Part shown: piece after piece, positions 1 to 8,502 of the stretch
How the letters are laid out: the number at the start of each line of letters is the position of its first letter
Position numbering within the stretch: position 1 is the stretch's first letter
Source: a bacterium
Lineage (GTDB): Bacteria; Patescibacteriota; Patescibacteriia; UBA2591; DAOWAM01
Length of the DNA stretch: 29,731 bases
Direction of reading: 5' to 3'
NCBI GenBank assembly: GCA_030634585.1
Contig: DAOWAM010000001.1
Location: 1-29,731, forward strand
Notes under the pieces: generated by a model
What the model saw: the letters and a program-made list of their open reading frames with translations, nothing else
Database searches by the model: none
What the model was told of the DNA's origin: nothing
Made by a program: the position numbers and the translations under genes

Positions 1-21
1 AATATTATTTCATCGAATTAT

Positions 22-435
22 ATGGGCTCACGACATTTAGCCAGAGTAATTACTTTGCAAATTCTATATCAATGGGACTTTAATGGCCAACAAACTGATC
101 TAAAAAGATTAATTGAACAAAGTGTAGATTATTATTCTCCCTCTCCTGAAAACAAAAAATTTGTCCAATTATTAATTGATGGGATAATTAAAAATATCAA
201 AATTATTAATCAATACATCGAAGATTACGCACCAGAATGGCCATTAGAACAAATGACTTTGATTGATCGCAATATACTTCGTTTAGGAATTTTTGAATTA
301 ATAATTTCTCAACAAACTCCACCCAAGGTAATAATCAATGAAGCAATAGAATTAGCTAAAAGTTTTGGTAATTATTCCGCTGGAAAGTTTATCAACGGTG
401 TATTAGGATCGATCTATAAAAAAATAAAAAAATAA
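22..435 (+). CDS. nusB: Transcription antitermination factor NusB
   Basis: R..AR...LQ.LYQWD N-terminus, [37 protein letters not shown] motifs. Confidence 0.95.
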   Translation: MGSRHLARVITLQILYQWDFNGQQTDLKRLIEQSVDYYSPSPENKKFVQLLIDGIIKNIKIINQYIEDYAPEWPLEQMTLIDRNILRLGIFELIISQQTPPKVIINEAIELAKSFGNYSAGKFINGVLGSIYKKIKK

Positions 436-1157
436 TGAAAAAATTATTTCTTTTAGAAAAAAAGCTGGGGGTTCAATTTAAAAACAAACTATTATTAAAA
501 CAAGCGTTAACACATCGTTCTTATTTGAACGAGCATCCTGATTTAAAAATTCATAATAACGAACGATTAGAGTTTCTAGGCGATGCCGTTTTAGAATTAA
601 TTTCTAGCGATTTTTTATTCAAACACTATCATTATCAAGAAGGAGATTTAACTAGCTTACGAGCTAGTTTGGTCAATACTAATTCATTGGCCAAGTTAGC
701 CAATGAATTAAAATTAGATGATTTTCTTTTCTTGAGTAAAGGAGAACGAAAGAATAAACAAAATATGGCTAGAAAATGTATTTTGGCTGATACTTTGGAG
801 GCGATTATCGGGGCGCTTTATTTAGATCAAGGTCTATCACAAATCAGAAAATTTTTAGAGAAAAATCTGTTCAAAAATTTACCTCAAATTATCTCTCAAC
901 ATTCTTATCGTGACGCTAAAACTAAGTTTCAAGAAGATATTCAACATCGATTTAAAATTACTCCCCATTATCAAGTATTAAAAGAATGGGGACCAGAACA
1001 CGCCAAAAATTTTTGCGTAGCGGTCTTTATTGCCGATCAACAAATTGCACGAGGGACTGACAAAAGTAAGCACTTGGCTGAGTTGTCAGCCGCTAAATAT
1101 GCCTTGTCAAAAGAAATAAAATCTATTAATATTAAAAGCAAAGAAACTGTTAAATAA
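435..1157 (+). CDS. rnc: Ribonuclease III
   Basis: ALTHRSY, NERLEFLGDAVLEL signature, D..EAIIGALYLD, C-terminal dsRBD (DAKTKFQE...GPEH...AELSAA); start overlaps the nusB stop by 1 nt. Confidence 0.97.
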   Translation: MKKLFLLEKKLGVQFKNKLLLKQALTHRSYLNEHPDLKIHNNERLEFLGDAVLELISSDFLFKHYHYQEGDLTSLRASLVNTNSLAKLANELKLDDFLFLSKGERKNKQNMARKCILADTLEAIIGALYLDQGLSQIRKFLEKNLFKNLPQIISQHSYRDAKTKFQEDIQHRFKITPHYQVLKEWGPEHAKNFCVAVFIADQQIARGTDKSKHLAELSAAKYALSKEIKSINIKSKETVK

Positions 1158-1188
1158 TTTGTTTTTAAAATAAAAAAGGAGGTTCATT

Positions 1189-1557
1189 TTGACAAATAAA
1201 AAGCGGAAGAAGAAGAAAAAGAATAAGAAGGACAAGAAGACGGAATCTAATTTGAGAATGTCTTGGCATCATATGATCCCTCGAAGTCGTGGCGGAAGCA
1301 ATGACAAAGAAAATAAAAAAAGAGTTGCTTTGATATTCCATCGAGCGTGGCATCATTTATTCGACAACCATACGCCAGAAGAAGTCATCTACGGATTGAA
1401 ATCACCTTCTAATCAGGACTACTTTATCCGGAATAATAAAGATAAGGCAAAAGATTGGCAAGTCCTTTTTGGAAAAGCTTCGATAAAAAAAATAATTAAG
1501 ATTATCAAGAAAGAATGGTCGCCCCAAACATCAAAAAAAATCGAAAATAAAAAATAA
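1189..1557 (+). CDS. Small HNH-like (His-Me finger) protein with Lys-rich N-terminus
   Basis: [17 protein letters not shown]...FHRAWHHLF resembles the HNH beta-beta-alpha motif; AGGAGG at 1177-1182, 6 nt before the TTG start. Confidence 0.65.
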   Translation: MTNKKRKKKKKNKKDKKTESNLRMSWHHMIPRSRGGSNDKENKKRVALIFHRAWHHLFDNHTPEEVIYGLKSPSNQDYFIRNNKDKAKDWQVLFGKASIKKIIKIIKKEWSPQTSKKIENKK

Positions 1558-1565
1558 AAACTTAA

Positions 1566-1596
1566 AAAGAGGTCTTTTATAATAAAAGACCTCTTT
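1566..1596 (+). terminator. Intrinsic terminator-like hairpin after the HNH-like gene
   Basis: Perfect 14-bp stem aaagaggtctttta / taaaagacctcttt with 3-nt loop. Confidence 0.7.
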
Positions 1597-1642
1597 AAAA
1601 TTTCTAAAAATTATGATAAAATATGAATAAATAATATTTGTT

Positions 1643-3937
1643 ATGTTAATCAAAAAACTAAAATTACAAGGATTTAAATCATTTGCCCAACCAACTAATA
1701 TTGAATTTTCTACTAATTTAGAAAATAAATGTGGTATTACTGCTATTGTTGGACCAAATGGTTGTGGTAAGTCGAATGTAGTTGAAGCAATCCGTTGGGC
1801 ATTAGGTGAACAAAGTTTAAAAGCGCTTCGAGGTAAAAAATCGACTGACGTTATTTTTCATGGATCAGAAAAAAAGGCTCGATTAGGAATGGCTAAGATA
1901 TCTTTATATTTCGATAATCAAGATCAATCAATGCCAATTGATTATTCAGAAGTAATTATTAGTCGGCAAATTTTCCGCAATGGTGATAGTGAATATTCAA
2001 TTAATGGTAATAAAACTCGTCTAATTGATATATTGGATCTCTTGGCTAAAGCAAATTTTGGGCAAAGAAGTTACAGCATTATTAGTCAAGGACAAATTAT
2101 GACCATTTTACTCTCTTCGGCCATTAATCGAAAAATATTCTTTGAGGAAGCAACTGGAGTAAGAATGCATACAATAAAAAGAGAAGAAACTATTCGCAAG
2201 ATTACCCGAACTAAAGAAAATTTACAACGAGTAAACATCACTTTACAAGAACTAAAACCTCGAGTTAATTCTTTAACTCGGCAAGTTAACAAATTAGCCA
2301 AACAAGATAAAATTAAAGATACACTGTTGATTTTACAGAAACAATATTACAGCAAAATTTGGAACAAAATTAAAAAAGAATGTGAAATAACTAATGAAAA
2401 TTGGCAAAAGGCGCGCTTCAAACACCAGACATTGTCGCAACAAATTAAAGAAAATCAAGAAAAAATAAATCAATTAATCAATTTAAATGAGCAAACAAAA
2501 CCTTGGAAAAAATTAGAAGAAGATTATCAACAATTAATTACTCAGAAAAACGAATTATCCCAACAAGAATCATTTCTTTATGGTCAAATCGTTTCTATTC
2601 AGCAACAAAGTACTCTAGACAGTGAAGAACAAACAGAAATAAATATTCCCTCACAAAATATTCAACAAACTTTAATTGTTTTAAAAAATATTAAACAAGA
2701 ACAAGAAAAATTAATTAATTCTTTGTCGAATATAAAAGATCTTAATGAATTATCCCCTTTAATTAAACTGGCGGATAAAATAAAAAACGAAATTACTGAT
2801 TTGATTAATCCGAAACAAACACGGACTCAAGCACCAACACCACAAAAAAATAAGCAAGAAAATAAATTATTAAACGACTTGCTTAAACAACGACAATTAT
2901 TAAAGGAGCAAATTAAACAATTAAACGCGCAAATAGAACAAGTAAAAACAAAAATAAATCAATCTCAATTATCTGAAGACAAAGAAAGGCAAAAAACATT
3001 GGCTCAACAAACAAAATGGCAAGAACAACAAAACGATTTTAATCGAGCAATTCAACAAACTAATGAAATTAAAATAGATCTGACCCGAATCGAAACCAGA
3101 AAGCAAGTATTAGAAGAAGAAATCTATCAAGAATTAAGTTTAATGCCCGATCAATTACCCATATTAAAACAACCAATTAATCAAGAAGAAATTCTTGCTG
3201 AAATAGACAAATTAAAATATGCGCTACAAATGATTGGTAATATCGACCCAAGTATTGATGAAGAATATAATGAATGTTCCCAACGTTATCAATTTTTAAA
3301 TACTCAGTCAGTTGATTTAAAAAAAGCAAACTCTTCATTAAATCAGATTATAAAAAAACTAGATCAAAAAATAGAAAAACAATTTCGTCAAAATTTTTCT
3401 AAAATTAATCAGCGTTTTCAACATTATTTCACTATTCTTTTTGGAGGAGGAAAAGCAAAATTAATTTTTCATGAACAAGAAGTGAATCAATCAGATGGAC
3501 AAGAATTAGATGTTGATTCTTATTCTAAAACAAAAAGTGTAATGTATGGAATAGACATACTAGTTAATCCGCCGGGTAAGCGTTCAAAGAATATCGAAAC
3601 TCTTTCTGGTGGCGAAAAAACATTAACTGCCTTGGCGTTAATTTGTGCTATTATCAGCACTAACACGCCTCCTTTTGTTATTTTAGACGAGGTTGACGCC
3701 GCTTTAGACGAAAGTAATTCTAGTAAATTCGCTAACATTTTAGAATCATTATCTAATAAAACTCAATTTATTGTTATTACTCATAATCGTGGAACTATGC
3801 AAAAAGCCAACGCCCTTTACGGAATTACTATGGGTAACGACGGTATCTCTAAGTTATACTCGTTAAAATTAGAAAGCGAGTTTCGTCCTCTTTTGAAAGA
3901 GGACGAAGTGCAGTCCCCCGTGAGAGACAAGCATTAA
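1643..3937 (+). CDS. smc: Short SMC-family ATPase (chromosome segregation protein SMC-like, no recognisable hinge)
   Basis: GFKSFA; Walker [10 protein letters not shown] followed by the SMC-typical [20 protein letters not shown]; LSGGEK signature; Walker [13 protein letters not shown]; ITHN H-loop; coiled coils between; follows rnc as in many bacteria. Confidence 0.88.
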   Translation: MLIKKLKLQGFKSFAQPTNIEFSTNLENKCGITAIVGPNGCGKSNVVEAIRWALGEQSLKALRGKKSTDVIFHGSEKKARLGMAKISLYFDNQDQSMPIDYSEVIISRQIFRNGDSEYSINGNKTRLIDILDLLAKANFGQRSYSIISQGQIMTILLSSAINRKIFFEEATGVRMHTIKREETIRKITRTKENLQRVNITLQELKPRVNSLTRQVNKLAKQDKIKDTLLILQKQYYSKIWNKIKKECEITNENWQKARFKHQTLSQQIKENQEKINQLINLNEQTKPWKKLEEDYQQLITQKNELSQQESFLYGQIVSIQQQSTLDSEEQTEINIPSQNIQQTLIVLKNIKQEQEKLINSLSNIKDLNELSPLIKLADKIKNEITDLINPKQTRTQAPTPQKNKQENKLLNDLLKQRQLLKEQIKQLNAQIEQVKTKINQSQLSEDKERQKTLAQQTKWQEQQNDFNRAIQQTNEIKIDLTRIETRKQVLEEEIYQELSLMPDQLPILKQPINQEEILAEIDKLKYALQMIGNIDPSIDEEYNECSQRYQFLNTQSVDLKKANSSLNQIIKKLDQKIEKQFRQNFSKINQRFQHYFTILFGGGKAKLIFHEQEVNQSDGQELDVDSYSKTKSVMYGIDILVNPPGKRSKNIETLSGGEKTLTALALICAIISTNTPPFVILDEVDAALDESNSSKFANILESLSNKTQFIVITHNRGTMQKANALYGITMGNDGISKLYSLKLESEFRPLLKEDEVQSPVRDKH

Positions 3938-4054
3938 GATAAACTAAGTGTGATTAATAATCTCTTATCAAAATAGTAAGTATGCGGCATAGTCAAAAAC
4001 AAAAACAGTGATCAATCGAATATTTGAAAGCGTTAAAAAAAATAACAAACAAAC

Positions 4055-4092
4055 ATAGAGCCCTGGTGTAAACCGGTGCTCTATCTCTTTTT
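4055..4092. terminator. Hairpin with GTAA (GNRA) loop and T-tract between convergent smc and galT-like genes
   Basis: atagagc cctggt GTAA accggt gctctat followed by ctctttttt. Confidence 0.6.
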
Positions 4093-4123
4093 ATCTATAA
4101 TTATCTTTTGCTTTACTAATAAA

Positions 4124-5077
4124 CTATTCCCGATAATACTGCGCTGCGTCTTCGGGAGAGATTGGGTTGATCACTATCCCTGAGCCAATCTCTACTCCAG
4201 CCCAAGTACTGCCACGGGGAGTAATTTTCATATAAACATGTTGATCTTCGTCAAAAATAGTTTGGTGAAAATAATAATTGTAGGGCAATCCCAAATCAGT
4301 TATTTTCTGGCAAATCCTCTTTAAAATCCTTGCCCAAGAATGTCTTTCTTGCTGATTTAAATAAGCGATACTATCCAAGTGTCGTTTAGGCAAAATCCAC
4401 ACTTCATAATTATACATTGAAGCATAAGGAGTAAAAGCAATTATATATTTATCTTCATAAATTAAACGTGGTGTCTTACTTTCTCGTTTAATTACATCGC
4501 AATAAACACAAGATCCATGTTCTAATTTATAAGATTGTACCCTTTGTGATTTATCAAATAAATGTGGTGGTAAAAAATCAGTGGCAAAAATTTGTGAATG
4601 AGCATGGGCCAAAGAAGCTCCTGCTAAACCACCACTATTTTTAAAAATTAATATATATTGTATCTTTTTGTTTTTAGAAATTTTTTTAGTTCGTATTCCA
4701 TAAATTTTCAAAATACCGGCAATTTGCTTAATTGACAATTTAGCAAATTCTCTTTGGTGCGTTGGGGTTTCAACGATCACTTCTTGAATTCCGTATGCCT
4801 TAGGATTATCTAGAGTAATGGCTGGATAAAGATTATTCAATATGGCAATATCCCAAGTTACACGTTTTTTCTTTCCCAATGCTTGCAGATTATTCTTTTT
4901 CCAAGCAAATAATTGAATAATTAAATCTTGTTGTAATTTCTGTGGGCAAATTCCGCAAACCGTAGATATTGACCGTTGGCTAATTGCTTTTTTGGCATCA
5001 TGCGGTCGTTTTTTTCGACGAGGAGCAATAATCACGTATTTCTCTTGAATATAGTCTTTTCGTAATTCGGAACGCAT
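4124..5077 (-). CDS. galT: GalT-family (HIT superfamily) hexose-1-phosphate nucleotidyltransferase / ADP-glucose phosphorylase-like
   Basis: SELRKD....YVIIAPRR.KRP, NLYPA, QEVIVETP.H, IFKN.G..AGASL.HAHSQI (HxHxQ active site), CVYCD, YEVWILPKRH. Confidence 0.85.
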   Translation of the reverse strand: MRSELRKDYIQEKYVIIAPRRKKRPHDAKKAISQRSISTVCGICPQKLQQDLIIQLFAWKKNNLQALGKKKRVTWDIAILNNLYPAITLDNPKAYGIQEVIVETPTHQREFAKLSIKQIAGILKIYGIRTKKISKNKKIQYILIFKNSGGLAGASLAHAHSQIFATDFLPPHLFDKSQRVQSYKLEHGSCVYCDVIKRESKTPRLIYEDKYIIAFTPYASMYNYEVWILPKRHLDSIAYLNQQERHSWARILKRICQKITDLGLPYNYYFHQTIFDEDQHVYMKITPRGSTWAGVEIGSGIVINPISPEDAAQYYRE

Positions 5078-5081
5078 TTAT

Positions 5082-6551
5082 TTATTGTTTAATGATTAAT
5101 TGTTGATATAAACGATAATATTGCTTTGCTGACTTACCCCAAGAAAAGTCCTGCTGTAAATCATTAATCACAATTTGTTTCCATAATCTTTTTCGTTGAT
5201 AAAATTCTAATCCTCGTTTGATCGTTGCTAATAAACGTTCGGAGTTTGGTAAATGAAAGACAAAGCCGGTACCTTTAATTTTATTATTCTTAAAAATAAC
5301 ATTTTTTATTGTATCTCGCAAACCACCTGTCGCCCGAACAATAGGTACTGTCCCATACCGCATCGCGATTAATTGCCCTAGCCCACAAGGTTCAAAGCGA
5401 GACGGCATTAAGAAAAAATCACTACCAGCATAAATCTGATGGGCTAATTTAGCATCGAAACATAGAGTAACCGAAACCTGACCCGGATACTGTTTAGATA
5501 TTTCTGCTAATTTCTTTTCTAATTGTCGATTACCAGTTCCTAAAATAACTAATTGCGCGCCTGCTTTGACAATTTCTCCCACAATTGAGACGATTAAATC
5601 GATCCCTTTTTGTTCGGCTAAACGAGAGATCAGTCCAATTAAAGGTATCTTCTGCTTTGGTAATAAAGCAAGTTTTTTTTGTAAAAATAATTTGTTTTTC
5701 TTTTTTTGCCTAACATTTTTTACCGAATACTGTTGACAAATATTTGTGTCAGTTTGGGGATTCCAGCTTTCAATATCAATCCCATTAACAATGCCAACAA
5801 TATCTTTAGCTCTCTGACGTAACGTTTTGCCCAATCCCCGCTGATAATATTGTTTAGTTAAGATTTCTTGCGCGTAACTTTTACTAACTGTGTTAATTAA
5901 ATCCGCTCCCAAAATACCTTGTTCAATTAAATCGATATCTTGTCCATAAGGTCCGTTAAACTTAACTTGTAAGTTTGGATGTTCATTACCAGTTAATCCT
6001 AAAAATTTCATTACCGCCGACCAATTCCATCTTCCTTGCATCGCTAAATTGTGAATTGTAAATAAAGTTTTAATGCCTAATAAATGTTTATTTTTTTGGT
6101 ATAAATTCAATAGTAAAGGAATTAATCCTGTATGCCAATCTTGGCAATGAATTATTTCTGGTTGCCAATCAAGTGCTGGGATAATCGCTAATACGGCTTG
6201 AGAAAAAAACAAAAAACGCTGTATCTCAGCAAAAGTGCCTCCTTGCGCATAAACACCATCTTTACTTAAATATCGCTGATTAGACAGCAAATAAACCTTT
6301 ACATGACTATCAGGCAATTTTGTTTCTAATAAATCAACACTTTCTTGTACTTGGCCAAAAGAAACTTTGATATTTTTCTTAACCAATTTTATCGCGTATT
6401 TTTCTTGATCAATTGTTTCGTAAGCCGGCATAATTATCCGCGCGTCTACGTCTAACTTTTTTAACGCTTTAGGAAGAGAACCAACTACGTCGGCTAATCC
6501 TCCCACTTTTGCTAACGGTGCTACTTCGGCTGATACAAATAAAACTCGCAT
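5082..6551 (-). CDS. glgA: Glycogen/starch synthase (GT5), copy 1
   Basis: SAEVAPLAKVGGLADV, HCQDWHT, FTIHNL, GIVNGID, SRLAEQKG, PSRFEPCGLGQL. Confidence 0.95.
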   Translation of the reverse strand: MRVLFVSAEVAPLAKVGGLADVVGSLPKALKKLDVDARIIMPAYETIDQEKYAIKLVKKNIKVSFGQVQESVDLLETKLPDSHVKVYLLSNQRYLSKDGVYAQGGTFAEIQRFLFFSQAVLAIIPALDWQPEIIHCQDWHTGLIPLLLNLYQKNKHLLGIKTLFTIHNLAMQGRWNWSAVMKFLGLTGNEHPNLQVKFNGPYGQDIDLIEQGILGADLINTVSKSYAQEILTKQYYQRGLGKTLRQRAKDIVGIVNGIDIESWNPQTDTNICQQYSVKNVRQKKKNKLFLQKKLALLPKQKIPLIGLISRLAEQKGIDLIVSIVGEIVKAGAQLVILGTGNRQLEKKLAEISKQYPGQVSVTLCFDAKLAHQIYAGSDFFLMPSRFEPCGLGQLIAMRYGTVPIVRATGGLRDTIKNVIFKNNKIKGTGFVFHLPNSERLLATIKRGLEFYQRKRLWKQIVINDLQQDFSWGKSAKQYYRLYQQLIIKQ

Positions 6552-6555
6552 ATTT

Positions 6556-7419
6556 TTATCTAATTTTAATTTTTTCGCTAAGAATTTTAAAATAATCCCA
6601 TTGGCTATTTAAGGGGAAACCCCATTTTGCCGGCAGTTCACCATGAAAATCAGAACCAGCGGTAATTAATAAATCTAATTGACGAGCAATCTTTTGCCAA
6701 TATTCTTGGTCTTCCCAACGATGATGTCCAGAAATGGCTTCTAACCCGTCTAAGCCAACTTTTTTTAATTGTGCCACGATTGGCCATTCTTTCCAAGATA
6801 AATGTTGACCAGGATGAGCCAAAACAGCAATTCCTCCCGCCTGATGAATTAGTTTAATCGCTTGTCGAATAGGAATAAATGTTTCTGGAAAAATTGCCTT
6901 TCCTTGTTGAAAAAAATAACGACCAATAATTTCAGTAACAGTTAAAATTCGTCCTTCTTGCCAAGCAAAATCTTGTTTAATCCTCGACCAATTATGTTTT
7001 TTTAATAACCCTCCTAAATGTCCTAATCCAATATAGACAGAAATTGTCTTAAAAACTTCCGCTTCATTAATTAGCCAATTATCTGCTTGTAATGTCTTGA
7101 TCCCTTGCTTAATAATTGGGATTCTTTCTTGTTGTAATTTAACTAATTGTTCATTCAGTTGCTTATTTTGTAAATCAAAGTTATATCCTAACAAATGTAA
7201 ATTATGTTCTTGAAGCTGTGTATAAATTTCCACTCCGGAAATAATTCTTAATCCTCGTCGTTTCCCTTCCGAGATCATTTCGGCTACACCACTAATACCA
7301 TTATGATCCGTCAAAGACAAAACAGTTCGATCAGTTTTCAGCGCTCGCTCGGCTAACTCAGCCGGCGAATAGATTCCATCAGAATAATAAGAATGAAAAT
7401 GTAAATCAATTAATCCCAT
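6556..7419 (-). CDS. PHP-domain metal-dependent phosphoesterase (YciV/TrpH-like)
   Basis: DLHFHSYYSDG, LTDHN, GVEI, HLLGY, LAHP, GSDFHG metal-binding motifs. Confidence 0.88.
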   Translation of the reverse strand: MGLIDLHFHSYYSDGIYSPAELAERALKTDRTVLSLTDHNGISGVAEMISEGKRRGLRIISGVEIYTQLQEHNLHLLGYNFDLQNKQLNEQLVKLQQERIPIIKQGIKTLQADNWLINEAEVFKTISVYIGLGHLGGLLKKHNWSRIKQDFAWQEGRILTVTEIIGRYFFQQGKAIFPETFIPIRQAIKLIHQAGGIAVLAHPGQHLSWKEWPIVAQLKKVGLDGLEAISGHHRWEDQEYWQKIARQLDLLITAGSDFHGELPAKWGFPLNSQWDYFKILSEKIKIR

Positions 7420-7430
7420 ATTTAAGATAG

Positions 7431-8498
7431 TTATTTTATAATAAATAATTTTTTAAGTTCGCGCAATTTTTCTTCCGCTTTAGTCAACAAAGTAATAATG
7501 CTTTTTTCTCTATATTCTTTGTTGGTTTCTACCAACGACTGGATTGCCGCCATTTGGAGATAATTCAAGGTCATAAAATAATACAAACGGATTAATTGTG
7601 AAGACCGTGGTTTAGTCGAAAAAAAATAATTAGTTAAAATTTGCTTAATAATTTTGTCTCTTAATACCTGCCGTTTCGGCGCGTAATAACTAAACATTGA
7701 TTCGGTTTGAACAATTAATTTTGCAATGTCCTCTAATTGATCGCCTAGACTCGCATCGGCCAAATCAATTATTCCTATTTTCTTGCTTGTTTGAACAATT
7801 ATATTTCCCCAATGAAAATCACTATGAATCAACGAAAAATCTTTACTTGATAAAAAACTATCGTCTTTTCTAATTTTCCAAAGTGAATTTAAAATTTCTT
7901 TAGCACGCTGATGAAATGACGGCGCGCATTTGCGAAATAAAAATAACCAATGTCGTCGTTCATCTTTCTCATAATTTAGATTGTGCTGTCGCCAAATATT
8001 ATTTTTTTTAATCGGTAAAGAATGCAACTTTTTTAACCATTTGATAATTGCTGGGGTTGTCTCTAATAAAACATTTAATTGCCGACGTTTTTCTAAAAGA
8101 TTTTGTAAGGGTATTCCTGCCAAATCTTCATAGAGTAAAAAATTTAGCGGTTGATAATATAACAATGGACGAGTGATAGATCGATTAAATGAATGTTGGC
8201 GCAGATAAATCAACGTCTGATAATGAATTAATGGGCATTGATGTAAACAATCAATTCGCCCTCGAATAATCTTTTTCTTTAATTTCCCTGCCTGATAAAT
8301 AGTCAAAATATATTTTAGCGCTAAGTTTCTAAACTTACCGCGAAAATTACGCACTATTTCTAGATTTACATCGATTAATTTACTATTTGGCCAATATTGC
8401 CTTACTCGTTGACTAAAAAAATTAGTAATCCACTGTTTATTAATAACTTGTTTAACTTTTTCGGTTTTAATTGGTGTCTTAAGATTAATAAATAACAT
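7431..8498 (-). CDS. Aminoglycoside-phosphotransferase/choline-kinase-fold protein
   Basis: Brenner motif IHSDFHWGNII and the following IIDLAD; substrate not assignable. Confidence 0.75.
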   Translation of the reverse strand: MLFINLKTPIKTEKVKQVINKQWITNFFSQRVRQYWPNSKLIDVNLEIVRNFRGKFRNLALKYILTIYQAGKLKKKIIRGRIDCLHQCPLIHYQTLIYLRQHSFNRSITRPLLYYQPLNFLLYEDLAGIPLQNLLEKRRQLNVLLETTPAIIKWLKKLHSLPIKKNNIWRQHNLNYEKDERRHWLFLFRKCAPSFHQRAKEILNSLWKIRKDDSFLSSKDFSLIHSDFHWGNIIVQTSKKIGIIDLADASLGDQLEDIAKLIVQTESMFSYYAPKRQVLRDKIIKQILTNYFFSTKPRSSQLIRLYYFMTLNYLQMAAIQSLVETNKEYREKSIITLLTKAEEKLRELKKLFIIK

Positions 8499-8502
8499 AA
8501 TT

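Noticed and set aside
1624-1651. dif-like site (ATAA-TATTTG-TTATGTTAATC)
   Set aside because: The XerD-like arm is simply the smc start (ATG TTA ATC), the XerC arm is poor, and a dif close to parS is unlikely
3870-3915. Hammerhead ribozyme (GAGGACGAAAC on the minus strand)
   Set aside because: No CUGANGA core; the GAAA is paired within the hairpin
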